Assembly: GCA_963696385.1 (NCBI GenBank)
Contig: CAVOKF010000005.1
Span: forward strand, 832,001-896,000
Length of the DNA stretch: 64,000 bases
Direction of reading: 5' to 3'
Source: an uncultured delta proteobacterium
GTDB taxonomy: Bacteria > Myxococcota_A > Polyangia > Polyangiales > Polyangiaceae
A model generated the notes under the pieces. The model saw only the letters and a program-made list of their open reading frames with translations, searched no databases and was not told where the DNA came from. The position numbers and the translations under genes were made by a program. This document shows, one piece after another, positions 12,027 through 21,605 of the stretch. How positions within the stretch are numbered: position 1 is the stretch's first letter; the number at the start of each line of letters is the position of its first letter.

Positions 12027-12731
12027 TCACGCGAGGTCGAACACGAGGACTTCGCCTGCGTCGAGCCCTTCTACGTGGACACGTTCCTCTTTCGAGAGGG
12101 CAGCGCCGTCCCCGGCCTTGAGGTCCTGTCCGTTGACCCGGACCTTGCCACGGGCCACTTGAACCCAAGCGTGCCTGTCGCGACCGAAGTGGAGATCCGC
12201 GCGCTCTCCCTCGTCCAGAAGACCTGAGTAGAGCGCGGCATCGGCGTGGATCGTGACGCTGCCGTCGCGACCGTCGGGCGAGGCCACGACGCGCAAGCGT
12301 CCGCGTTTCTCGGCATCGGTGAACGCCTTCTGCTCGTAGCTCGGCTTGATTCCCTGCTCATTGGGAAGCAGCCAGATCTGAAGGAAATGCACGAGTTCGG
12401 TTTGCGACGCGTTGTACTCGCTATGGGAGACGCCGCTGCCGGCGCTCATTCTCTGCACGTCGCCCGGACGGACGATCGAACCAGTCCCGATCGAGTCTCG
12501 GTGCTGAAGACCGCCGTCGAGCACATACGAGATAATTTCCATGTCTCGATGCGGATGGGTCCCGAAGCCTCGGCCCGCCTGCACGCGGTCCTCGTTAATC
12601 ACGCGTAAAGACCGAAAGCCCATGTGCTTGGGATCGTGGTAGTCGGCAAAGGAGAACGTGTGGCGCGAGTCGAGCCAGCCGTGGAAGGCGTGGCCGCGGT
12701 CTTCGGCGGGTCGGACGATCACCATGGGCAT
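12027..12731 (-). CDS. Pirin family protein (YhhW-like)
   Basis: WLDSRHTFSF, LRVINED, FGTHPHRDMEI, HRDS, MSAGSGVSHSE, FLQIW. Confidence 0.93.
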   Translation of the reverse strand: MPMVIVRPAEDRGHAFHGWLDSRHTFSFADYHDPKHMGFRSLRVINEDRVQAGRGFGTHPHRDMEIISYVLDGGLQHRDSIGTGSIVRPGDVQRMSAGSGVSHSEYNASQTELVHFLQIWLLPNEQGIKPSYEQKAFTDAEKRGRLRVVASPDGRDGSVTIHADAALYSGLLDEGERADLHFGRDRHAWVQVARGKVRVNGQDLKAGDGAALSKEERVHVEGLDAGEVLVFDLA

Positions 12732-12732
12732 A

Positions 12733-13653
12733 TCACGCCGGGACCGGGCCGAATTTACCGGCCTCCACGTCGGCAAAGGCCTGCTTGATTTCCTGAATCG
12801 AATTCATCACGAATGGCCCATACTGAACGATGGGTTCGTCGAGCGGCTCGCCGGCAAGAACGATGACGTGGGCCGTTCCTTCCGCCGTCAGGACGACGGC
12901 ACGCCCGTCGTTGGCGAAGACGAGCAGCTCGCCGGCACTCGCTGAGACGCCGCCCGCCGTGACGGTCCCGTCCGCGACTACGGCGAGGACGTTGTAGCGT
13001 GCCGGAAGGGGGACGGTCACCTGTTCTCCGGCGCCGGCACGCACGTCGAGCATCGTGATCGGCGTAAATGTGCGGGCGGGACCGCGCGCTCCTTCGTACT
13101 CGCCGGCGACGACGCGGACGCTGCCACCGCGCGCCAGCCGTACGGTTGGAATCTCGGACGCGGCAATGGGCTGGTAGCCGGGTGCTGCGCTCTTGTCCTT
13201 ACGGGGAAGGTTGACCCACAATTGCATCATGTGCATGCGCCCGCCGCGCCGGGTGAGCTGCTCCTCGTGGAACTCCTCGTGGAAGATGCCGGCTCCGGCC
13301 GTCATCCACTGAACATCGCCCGGCCCGATCACTCCGGAATGGCCGGCGTTGTCACGATGAGCGACCGACCCTTCCCACGCGAGCGTGACGGTCTCGAAGC
13401 CGCGATGGGGATGCCATCCGACGCCGCGCTTGCCTTGCCGGAGCGGAGCGAAGGATTTCGGCGGCCCATAATCCATGAGCACGAAGGGACTGACGCGCTC
13501 GGCGGGAAGGTTCGCGCTCGGGAAATACGTCGATACGTGAAAGCCGTTGCCAACCCAGTGGAACCCAGTGCTGCGGTGGATCGCTTCCACCGTACGAACA
13601 CCTGTGGGGGAAGCGGGCGTCGGGGCGCGGGATTCGCTCATCGTGCTGTTCAT
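12733..13653 (-). CDS. Pirin family protein
   Basis: SPFVLMDY, HPHRGFETVT, WMTAGAGIFHEE, QLWVNLP, YGPFVMN. Confidence 0.93.
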   Translation of the reverse strand: MNSTMSESRAPTPASPTGVRTVEAIHRSTGFHWVGNGFHVSTYFPSANLPAERVSPFVLMDYGPPKSFAPLRQGKRGVGWHPHRGFETVTLAWEGSVAHRDNAGHSGVIGPGDVQWMTAGAGIFHEEFHEEQLTRRGGRMHMMQLWVNLPRKDKSAAPGYQPIAASEIPTVRLARGGSVRVVAGEYEGARGPARTFTPITMLDVRAGAGEQVTVPLPARYNVLAVVADGTVTAGGVSASAGELLVFANDGRAVVLTAEGTAHVIVLAGEPLDEPIVQYGPFVMNSIQEIKQAFADVEAGKFGPVPA

Positions 13654-13838
13654 GGCAAGGTAAGCTAGCCACGGTGCGCGTCTCGCGAAATAGGCGCGCC
13701 GCGCCCGGGGCCCGAGGGCGCAAGAGGGGGATCGCCAGAGCAAGGACCAGGGTGGTCTCGGCGGCGATCCTCTCGTCGCCCAGGCGCGTGCGTCTTCTCT
13801 TGCGCCCGCTCTGGCCGAGCTGCTCATCTGTCGTCCGA

Positions 13839-14617
13839 ATGATCGCCGCAGAGCCGCTGCAAGGAAGGGTTCAGGCCGGCTGGCCCGGGTCGACGCCGGA
13901 TCCGTCCGAGCGAACGTTGCTCGAGGGGCCGCACACGCGCCGTCACGAGCTGCAGCAGGCGCTGCGGATATTTGCCGAGTGCATCCGCGGCTTCCGCGCC
14001 TTGCACTTCGTCGGCCCGTGTGTGACGGTCTTCGGGTCGGCTCGATTTGCGGAGGGACACCCCTACTACGGGCTCGGTGAGGAGATTGGTGAGCGTCTCG
14101 CCTTGGCGGGCTTGACCGTCGTGACCGGGGGTGGGCCCGGCCTGATGGAGGCCGCGAACCGTGGCGCGAAGCGCGCGGGGGGGCGTTCGATCGGTTGCAA
14201 CATCCTGCTGCCCAAGGAGCAGCGCCCCAACGCGTATCTCGATCGCATGGTGGAGTTCCGATACTTCTTCGTGCGCGAAATTAATGCTGGTGAAGTACTC
14301 GTACGCGTTCGTCGCGTTGCCGGGTGGCCTCGGAACGCTCGACGAGTTGTTCGAGACCGCCGTTTTGATTCAGACCGGCAAAGTGAAGCAATTCCCGCTC
14401 GTGTTGCTGGGTGCCGATTTCCTGGGGTCCGTTCGTCACCCTGCTGCGGGATCGATTCCTCGCAGCCACCACCATCGATCGCGAAGACGTCGATCGGTTC
14501 GTGATCCTGGATTCACCCGCGCAGGCCGTGGAGCTCATTCGCGAACGAGCCCTGCGCGAGTTCGGCCTGACCTACGGGCCGCGCGCCAAGCCCCGTGTGC
14601 TGCTCGGAGAACGGTAA
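13839..14617 (+). CDS. LOG family (TIGR00730-type) nucleotide phosphoribohydrolase; apparent frameshifts near 14280 and 14425
   Basis: VTVFGSAR, TGGGPGLMEAANRGA, YFFVR then KLMLVKYS, PGGLGTLDELFE, spread over three consecutive frames. Confidence 0.85.
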
Positions 14618-14632
14618 GGGACGGACCCGGGC

Positions 14633-15874
14633 TCAGACCGAGTCGCGCGCGCGGCGACGAAGCGCGAAGCCGAGCACCGCGAGGAGCCCGAAGAGTGCCC
14701 CGGGTGCGGTGTTCGCGGGAGAAGCGCCCACCTGACAACCTCCGTCCGAGGCTTCGTCATGAGACGCTCCCGAAGCCGCCGGGGGAATTGTCGCAGCCCT
14801 GGCCGCGCCCCCGTTTGCGGATGAGGCACCGGAGGTGGCGGTCGCGGCCGGCTGGCCGCCGCCGCCCGAGCTGCCGGTACCGGAGGCGCCGCTGGACGGG
14901 GCGCTGGCGGTTGGGATGCTGCCCGAGCCGTTCAGCGTCGTCCCAGAGCCGGCCCCGGTTGCGTTGACGGACGTGGAGTACGGGGGAACGCAGACACTTT
15001 GCGAAGGAGGGGCGACACCGGCATCGAAGTCGCAGGGCAGGACGACCGCCGATCCGTCTACGATGAGAGCCGGCTCAGCGCACGCGATGCCGTTGTACAC
15101 AGCGGTCGGCTGAGCCACGCACGTCCACGTTGCCGGACACTGGCTGTCGGTGGTGCACACGACGGTGTCCGCCTGGCAGCTCGACGTCGAGAGGGTGGTC
15201 GTGACACAGCCCGCGTCCACGGTCACCGGCGGCGGAACGACAAGGCCGGCATCGACGGCAATGTTCGGAAGGTTCGTGGCGACTGGCGGCGCGGCGACCG
15301 ACGTCGATCCTATGCCGGCGCCCCCGCCGCTGCCACTGGCTCCCCCGCTCGCGCTGCCCCAGCAGCTCGTCTCGACATCCGGCACGCACGTAAAGTAGTC
15401 CCCGCAGTCCGAGCTGACGGTGCAGGGAAGGTCGTACCTAGGCACGCACACGCTCGGTTCGGTCGTCGTCGTGCACGTCGGGGCGATGGGGGGCGGGCAC
15501 GAGGCCTCGTCTTTGCCGCAAGCTGGCGATGCCGGAGTCGAACAGGTTTGGTAGGTATCCGCGTGGCACACCATGCCCGAAGCGCAATCGCTGTCGGTGG
15601 AACAGGGGGCGGGCTGGCACGTGGAGGTGGTAGGGCTGCACGTGATGACGGGAATCGCGCACGTCTGGCCCGGAGGGCAGATCGGCGTCGGGGGGCATGC
15701 CGCGATCTCGGAGACCTGACAGGTGAACCCCTTCGAGCAATCGCTGTCGTGAGAGCACGACGTGTCGGCGCGGGCGCTGGCGGGGATGATCATACCAGCC
15801 ACCGCCAAGAGCGCGACGACCGGGGTGCGAAGCGAGTCCACGCGTTGGGCGCGGGCCGTGCGGGATGTGACCAT
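14633..15874 (-). CDS. Secreted Cys-rich protein with MYXO-CTERM sorting signal
   Basis: Signal peptide (ASARA); repeated Cx4-5Cx5C modules (CSHDSDCSKGFTC, CSTDSDCASGMVC, CTVSSDCGDYFTC, CTTDSQCPATWTC); C-terminal GGC, hydrophobic helix and RRRAR. Confidence 0.85.
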   Translation of the reverse strand: MVTSRTARAQRVDSLRTPVVALLAVAGMIIPASARADTSCSHDSDCSKGFTCQVSEIAACPPTPICPPGQTCAIPVITCSPTTSTCQPAPCSTDSDCASGMVCHADTYQTCSTPASPACGKDEASCPPPIAPTCTTTTEPSVCVPRYDLPCTVSSDCGDYFTCVPDVETSCWGSASGGASGSGGGAGIGSTSVAAPPVATNLPNIAVDAGLVVPPPVTVDAGCVTTTLSTSSCQADTVVCTTDSQCPATWTCVAQPTAVYNGIACAEPALIVDGSAVVLPCDFDAGVAPPSQSVCVPPYSTSVNATGAGSGTTLNGSGSIPTASAPSSGASGTGSSGGGGQPAATATSGASSANGGAARAATIPPAASGASHDEASDGGCQVGASPANTAPGALFGLLAVLGFALRRRARDSV

Positions 15875-15955
15875 GGGAAGTTTCTCCGGTGGCTCATCGC
15901 GTGCGACTCGGACGCGAAGCGTGTCCGAGGACCTCGTAGCCACGCCGGGTTCAAG

Positions 15956-15971
15956 TGCACGAGCCCTGCCA
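15956..15971 (-). promoter_or_regulatory. Possible sigma54 promoter of the MYXO-CTERM gene
   Basis: Minus strand TGGCAG-GGCTC-GTGCA with correct GG/GC spacing, about 80 nt upstream of ATG 15874. Confidence 0.4.
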
Positions 15972-16295
15972 TGGGCATTTCCTCGCGATCTTGCCCAAAA
16001 GACCGGTGCCCGGGCGTGCCAAACTGAGCAAGTGCGCCGACCGTCCGGATCCGCCGGCCATAGGCGGCCGCCGCGGCGGTGCCCCATCGCGGCCTAACGC
16101 CGATCGCGCGGTCCGGCCCGTGGTCGATCGATCGCGGTGGCCGCGGGCGGGCGGCGCAACCGGTCGCCGCGCAGCGGCCGTGGGCCTCGGACACCGGGTC
16201 GCCATTGAGGCATCGCCATCCGACAGGTTCTGTAGCCAGCGCGTGCGGTTTGCGCGAGTATTCGACGGGCGAGTCGTGCGGATCGGCATTCAAGG

Positions 16296-17594
16296 ATGAC
16301 CAGCTCCGGTACTGGCAGGTGGCCGAGGGTCCTGTCGTCACTCGTCCTCGTTCTCGCGGCTTGCGGCCCGTCGGGAACCATTCCACCGTCCGCGCGGACC
16401 GCCGCCGGGGCCGTCCCCCAGGAGGCCAACCACTCCGTCGCTGCCGATGACGCCGGAGCCTCCAGCGCCGCTCCGGTGCGCTTCATCGAAGACGATTACG
16501 CTCGGGCGCGTTCGGAGGCCCGCGCGCGCGGCGTGCCGCTCTTCGTCGATACCTGGGCTCCTTGGTGCCATACGTGCCTCAGCATGCGTGCGTTCGTTTT
16601 CACCGACGACCGCCTCCGATCGATTTCAACTCGGTTCGTTTGGTTGTCGATCGATACGGAGCGCGAAGACAACGCGGCCTTGGTCACGAAGCTCGGCGTG
16701 AAGGTCTTGCCGACCTTATTCGTCCTCGATGCGCACGACGAGCGCGTGGTGTTGGCCTGGCGGGGCTCTCTCACTGCGCGGGAGCTCGTCGCGCTTCTCG
16801 ACGACACCCGAGGCGGCGCGGGTCCGACGGGCCCGCTCGCCGTCGACGCGCTCATTGCGCGCCAGAGCGGCGATGGTCGGTTGTCGGAGTGCTTGACCGC
16901 GGCTGCCCGCGAGGCCCCCAAGATGCCCCCGGGCACGGCGCTCGCCGATGTCGTGCGTTTCGGGATCGGATGCGCGCGAAAATTGCCTTCGGGCGCACCC
17001 GAGAGAGGGCGGCTCGCCGATCTCGCGGCGCTCGGGGAGCGCCTGGTGTCCGACCCGTCACAGCCTATCCTCGCCGACGACCGTTCTGATTTGTACGATT
17101 CCGTGATCGGCGCATACCGCGACCTGGGTCGGAACGGCGATGCCAAGCGATTGGCCGTCGCGTGGGGGTCGTTTCTCGATCAACAAGCCGCCCTCGCGTC
17201 CTCGCCGCGCGCTCGCGCGGTATTCGACGCACACCGGTTGATGGCCTACGAGGCGATCGACGAGCCGCAGCGCGCCGTACCGATGCTCGAGCAGAGCGAG
17301 CGCGATTTTCCGGACGACTACAACCCGCCGGCGCGTCTCGCATCGGCGTACCTCGCGATGAAGAACTACGACGAGGCGCTCGCGGCGGCGAAACGAGCCC
17401 TCGACCGCGCCTACGGACCCCGCAAGCTGCGCCTCTGGTCGTTGCAAGCCGACGTGCGCGTGGCGAAAGGAGACGTCGCGGGGGCACGCGCTTCGCTGCG
17501 CGCCGCGATGGACTTCGCGCGGAGCGTGCCGCTCCCGGAGGGCTATCCGAAGCAGGTCGAGGCCATCGTGAAGCGCCTCGCCGGGCTGTGGTAG
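16296..17594 (+). CDS. Thioredoxin-fold plus TPR-like lipoprotein
   Basis: Lipobox LAAC; WAPWCHTC CxxC motif; cis-Pro motif VLPT; helical TPR-like C-terminus. Confidence 0.85.
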   Translation: MTSSGTGRWPRVLSSLVLVLAACGPSGTIPPSARTAAGAVPQEANHSVAADDAGASSAAPVRFIEDDYARARSEARARGVPLFVDTWAPWCHTCLSMRAFVFTDDRLRSISTRFVWLSIDTEREDNAALVTKLGVKVLPTLFVLDAHDERVVLAWRGSLTARELVALLDDTRGGAGPTGPLAVDALIARQSGDGRLSECLTAAAREAPKMPPGTALADVVRFGIGCARKLPSGAPERGRLADLAALGERLVSDPSQPILADDRSDLYDSVIGAYRDLGRNGDAKRLAVAWGSFLDQQAALASSPRARAVFDAHRLMAYEAIDEPQRAVPMLEQSERDFPDDYNPPARLASAYLAMKNYDEALAAAKRALDRAYGPRKLRLWSLQADVRVAKGDVAGARASLRAAMDFARSVPLPEGYPKQVEAIVKRLAGLW

Positions 17595-17697
17595 ACGGCC
17601 AGCCGGCCGATCCCAGGAAAAACTTTGCGCGAGATCGCAACGGATCCGGCGAGCGGCCGATGGGACGGGCATGCCGTCACCCCATTCGCCTCAATCC

Positions 17698-18687
17698 ATG
17701 GCTGTTACCGCACGGCGGGCGCTCGCCACCGGCTTCATCGTGATCGTCGCGCCCGTCATCGGCTCTTCAGTGTCGTGCGCGCATGCGCAGCCCGCGGGCT
17801 TCGTGTCGCCCGGCGACGACTGGGGCGCCACGGACGCTGAAGCACCGCACTGGCTGCCGGCCTGGCCGGGTGCCCCTCTCGCAGACGGGTCGTTCGAAAT
17901 CGCCGACGCTTCGGCCGCTCTCGCGTCGGACGTCATCGTGGATGTCGCGTTCGAATCTGCCGCCGAGAGCGAAGCCGACGCCGGCGCAGGGCCGGCGTGG
18001 ACGGCTCCAAAAGACAGTTCGACCGGCGACGCCGAGCCGGGCCCCTTGGAGGCCGCTGCGCCGGCACCCGGAAACCCGGCCGATGGGGACGTTCGCGGTG
18101 CTGAGGAGCCCGAGGACGATGCGGGCGAGCAAACCGATGGGGCGGTTGCCACGGCGTTGGCCCCATCGCCCGGGGAACTGCTCATCACCGAGGTGATGTT
18201 CGATTCATCCGGACCCGCGCCGCAGTCCGAGTGGTTCGAAGTGTACAACGCGACCGATTCGGCGCTGTCGCTCAACGGTCTGACCATTGTGGATGGCTAT
18301 TCGCACATGGAACTCATCGCCGCGACACCCCCACCGGTCGTCGCCGCGAAGGCCTACGCGCTGCTCGTTCGCAATCGAGCGCTGGCCGTCATCGAGTTCC
18401 TTCCAGCCGCTTCCATCGTCTACGAATACTCGAGCGGTCTCGCTCCCGAAGACGGCATCGAGATCGATAACAGCGCGACCGGTGCGGTGGCCCTGTGGAA
18501 CGGAGCGGTGGAGCTCGCCAATGTGCCTTACGGGGGATGGAACATGGCGTCGATTGGTTCGAGCATCGAGCTCGTCACGTTGAGCCTCCCCGGCAGCCAA
18601 AACCCGGGAGGGTGGTGCATTGCGCAACACGCGTGGGAGACCGGGTACGACTTTGGGACGCCCGGCGCACCGAACGATTGCCCCTAG
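17698..18687 (+). CDS. Lamin-tail-domain-containing secreted protein/lipoprotein
   Basis: GELLITEVMFD...EWFEVYN...GTPGAPNDC, typical of LTD; acidic low-complexity N-terminus. Confidence 0.8.
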   Translation: MAVTARRALATGFIVIVAPVIGSSVSCAHAQPAGFVSPGDDWGATDAEAPHWLPAWPGAPLADGSFEIADASAALASDVIVDVAFESAAESEADAGAGPAWTAPKDSSTGDAEPGPLEAAAPAPGNPADGDVRGAEEPEDDAGEQTDGAVATALAPSPGELLITEVMFDSSGPAPQSEWFEVYNATDSALSLNGLTIVDGYSHMELIAATPPPVVAAKAYALLVRNRALAVIEFLPAASIVYEYSSGLAPEDGIEIDNSATGAVALWNGAVELANVPYGGWNMASIGSSIELVTLSLPGSQNPGGWCIAQHAWETGYDFGTPGAPNDCP

Positions 18688-18691
18688 CCTA

Positions 18692-18746
18692 AAGTACACC
18701 GCCTCAGAACAAGGGATCAGCCGGGCGGTGTCCTTCAATCGCCGGG
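18692..18746. repeat. Palindromic intergenic repeat family A, copy 1 (REP/MITE-like)
   Basis: AAGTACACCGCC...GGCGGTGTCCTT hairpin; 18710-18746 matches 42782-42818 at 35/37 nt. Confidence 0.8.
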
Positions 18747-18787
18747 AGGCGATGGGGGGGGTTGGGGCGAAGCGCCAAGGAAATCAT

Positions 18788-18867
18788 CTTGGTACAGCGC
18801 CAGCCTGCAACGCAGGCGTACCCAGCCTAGCTGGGTACCCTCTCATGGGGCGCCGTGCCAAGCCTAG
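18788..18867. repeat. Palindromic intergenic repeat family C, copy 1
   Basis: Terminal inverted repeats CTTGGTACAGCGCC / GGCGCCGTGCCAAG; internal perfect GTACCCAGC-CTA-GCTGGGTAC; ends at CTAG; reverse complement resembles 24552-24583. Confidence 0.65.
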
Positions 18868-18898
18868 CGACCTCGACCCCGCGAGCCTGTGGGGCGCG

Positions 18899-20038
18899 TT
18901 ATCCGCGCATGTCTCGTCCCAGTTCCTCGCCGCGAAGCCTGGGGTCGAGCGCATCACGCGCAGCGTCGCCGACCAGGTTCAAGGCGAAGAGCGTGAACAG
19001 CAGCATCGTGGTTGGAAACACGACCAGCCACCACGCTTCGGGGTGAGTTCGAGCCTCGCCCAGGGCTTCGCCCCAGGACGGGGTCCCGTCGGACGCGCCA
19101 ACGCGCAGGAAGTCCACCGCCGCCTCGATGAGCACGATGGAAGCGATGCCAAACGCAGCTGCGACCAAGACTGGACCGATGGCGTTCGGAAGGACATGGC
19201 GAACGAGGATGCGCCGCCCGGAGGCGCCGAGTGCGCGCGCCGCGGTCACGTAGTCGCTTCCGAGCGTAATGAGCACTTCGGCCCGGACGATGCGCGCGAG
19301 CTCGGTCCATCGCGTGAGCGCGATCGTCCACACCAGCGTCGTCGTCGTCGCGTGCGGCACGACCGCGCCGACGACAAGGACGAGAAGGAGCGTCGGAATC
19401 GCCACGAGAGCTTCGACCGCGCGCGACACCAACCCGTCGATCACGCCGCCGAAGAAGCCGGCGGCCGCCCCTAGCAGCAGTCCGATCGCGACGAGAGCCG
19501 TCGACCCGGCAAGCCCGAGCCCGAGCGCCGCCCTCGTACCGTGCACGACGCGAGCGAACAGATCGCGTCCTTGTGCGTCCGTGCCCAGACCGTGGCCGGC
19601 GGTGAGCGGCGGAGACAGGACGGATTCCGGATCCCGATCCATGGGCCCGTGTGTGGCGAGGGGCTCAATGAGCCAATCGCCGTGCCGACGCTCTCGCTGC
19701 ATTCGGCCGCAGTCGGTGTTGGCGAGTGCCGCGGGGTGTGTGATGTTCGGCAAGACATAAAGCGTGCCATGCCAATGGCATACCAGGGGCAAATCGCTCG
19801 CCAGGAAATCCGCCAGGAGGGCGACGACGGCAAGCACGCCGAGGATGAGTCCACCGAGGCGGGCCAAGCGACTCTGAGCGATCCGAGCGACGGCAATGCG
19901 CGTCATGGTCGCGTACGGTGCGGCGGCGTGACCAGCGGCGACGACGGAGGTGCGGACGAGCCGTCGGGAGGAGGTCTTGCGCCGCGACAGTTGCAGCGCC
20001 CCATGCGACTCCGGCGCGGGAGGCTCGTTGTCGTTCAC
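18899..20038 (-). CDS. ABC peptide/nickel transporter permease (DppC/OppC-like)
   Basis: LGTDAQGRDLFAR, DYVTAARALGA (EAA motif), HVLPNA; GTG overlaps the upstream stop. Confidence 0.9.
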   Translation of the reverse strand: MNDNEPPAPESHGALQLSRRKTSSRRLVRTSVVAAGHAAAPYATMTRIAVARIAQSRLARLGGLILGVLAVVALLADFLASDLPLVCHWHGTLYVLPNITHPAALANTDCGRMQRERRHGDWLIEPLATHGPMDRDPESVLSPPLTAGHGLGTDAQGRDLFARVVHGTRAALGLGLAGSTALVAIGLLLGAAAGFFGGVIDGLVSRAVEALVAIPTLLLVLVVGAVVPHATTTTLVWTIALTRWTELARIVRAEVLITLGSDYVTAARALGASGRRILVRHVLPNAIGPVLVAAAFGIASIVLIEAAVDFLRVGASDGTPSWGEALGEARTHPEAWWLVVFPTTMLLFTLFALNLVGDAARDALDPRLRGEELGRDMRG

Positions 20039-21579
20039 GGGGCCAGACCGCCTCGCCGCCGACCTAGAGCCTCGCGGACGCGCGGGTCGAGCGCTCCGTA
20101 CGCGAGGTCGCTTGCCACGAGCCCTAGGGTGACGGCGATCGCGGCGCCAAAGAGCACCGCCATCAGCCACGCCGAATCGTGGGATTCGATCGCGCGAATC
20201 GTCTCCCGGCCGATTCCGGGCAAGTCGAAGACCTCCTCGACGACGAACGCGCCGCTGAGCAGTGCCGGTAAACTCAACCCGGCGACTGTTACCGACGGCA
20301 AGAGCGCGTTGCGTAACGCATGACAGACGAGCACGCGCCACGGAGGCACGCCCTTTGCGCGCGCCGTCCTAATGTAGTCTTGGTGAATGACGTCGAGCAT
20401 CGCCGAGCGCTGCCAGCGCGCCAGCGTCGCGAGCGAGCCCGCGGCGAGTGCGGCGACGGCCCAACCGATTCGCGCTCCGCCGCTCGGGAGTGCGGCGGTC
20501 GCGCGCCGCAAGAGCTCCGCAACCGCGAACGTCGGGGTAGCATACATCACGAAGAAGATGGCCGAGCTCACGACGTCGAACGCGCGCCCCCGCCGCCAGG
20601 CGGCGAAGGCCCCGACGGGGACCGCGATCGACCCGCTCACGAGCATCGCCAGGGCGCACACGAGCAGCGTCAGAGGCGCCCGATCGCGAAGCTTGGTCGC
20701 AATCGATTCGCCATCGACGGCGCTGACGCCGAGTTCGCCGCTCGCCACGCGCCGCAGCCACTTGCCGAAGCGCGTGTCGGTGACGACCGAGACGATCCCA
20801 TCGACGCCGTTCAACTTCGCGAAGTCCGTTCCGTACACGAACCACCATTCGCTCCAATCCGCGACCGTGCGGCGCGCGTACTCGCTGTCGCTGTCCGGCT
20901 CGACCACCTTGCCCCGTTCGGCGGCGTGACGCGCCAATCGAGTCAGTCGCGCCAAGACGGTCGGATCGTCGGTCGTCCGCATCGCGCGCACGAGGGGCTG
21001 AAGGGCGAACGTGTCCAACACCCGCAGGTCGCGTTCACGAGAGTCGCCGCCGTACTCCACAAGCCGTGCGACGGCGCGGGCGGCCGCGGCACGCGTGAAG
21101 TCCAGGGCCCGGTCATCCCAGAAGCGGGCCCAGAAAAGCGCGGCCACGTCGGGCTCGGTCAGGTCGCGCCCGTCCGCGATCTCCATTCGCCGCGCGACGC
21201 GTGCGAGTGCGACCGCAACGCGACGTCTCGCATCCGGAGGCAGGGCTTCGAGCTCGGGCAGCACGTAGGGCAATGCCGCTCCCCCCAGGCGTCCCAACTC
21301 TCGCTCCGCGGCTTCGTGCCGCGCGCCGCCCGACGCCACATCCGCGAGCGCCTGGCGCGCTCTCGAGCGCACGTCGCGCGGAGCCGGGTTGAAGAACGAC
21401 GGCAAATCGAGAAACCGCGCTCGACGCGCCTGCTCGAACGCATCGGCCGCCGTGGTGTCGCTCGGGTTGCGCGGGGGAGCGGGCTCCGGCGCGAGCGTCG
21501 TGACCAGGAACAGTACGAAGCTCGTCGCGAGCAGTGTGGGGATGGACCACAGGACGCGACGAAGGGCGTAGCGAAGCAT
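20035..21579 (-). CDS. ABC transporter permease (DppB/OppB-like) with a large helical insertion
   Basis: YALRRVL N-terminus, DYIRTARAKG, HALRNALLP, VEEVFDLPGIG, DLAYGALDPR. Confidence 0.9.
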   Translation of the reverse strand: MLRYALRRVLWSIPTLLATSFVLFLVTTLAPEPAPPRNPSDTTAADAFEQARRARFLDLPSFFNPAPRDVRSRARQALADVASGGARHEAAERELGRLGGAALPYVLPELEALPPDARRRVAVALARVARRMEIADGRDLTEPDVAALFWARFWDDRALDFTRAAAARAVARLVEYGGDSRERDLRVLDTFALQPLVRAMRTTDDPTVLARLTRLARHAAERGKVVEPDSDSEYARRTVADWSEWWFVYGTDFAKLNGVDGIVSVVTDTRFGKWLRRVASGELGVSAVDGESIATKLRDRAPLTLLVCALAMLVSGSIAVPVGAFAAWRRGRAFDVVSSAIFFVMYATPTFAVAELLRRATAALPSGGARIGWAVAALAAGSLATLARWQRSAMLDVIHQDYIRTARAKGVPPWRVLVCHALRNALLPSVTVAGLSLPALLSGAFVVEEVFDLPGIGRETIRAIESHDSAWLMAVLFGAAIAVTLGLVASDLAYGALDPRVREALGRRRGGLAP

Positions 21580-21605
21580 CCCGCTCCGTTATACGCCCCC
21601 ATCCA

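Noticed and set aside
16005..16023. Second sigma54-like site (TGGCACGCCCGGGCA)
   Set aside because: The GG-to-GC spacing is off by one base
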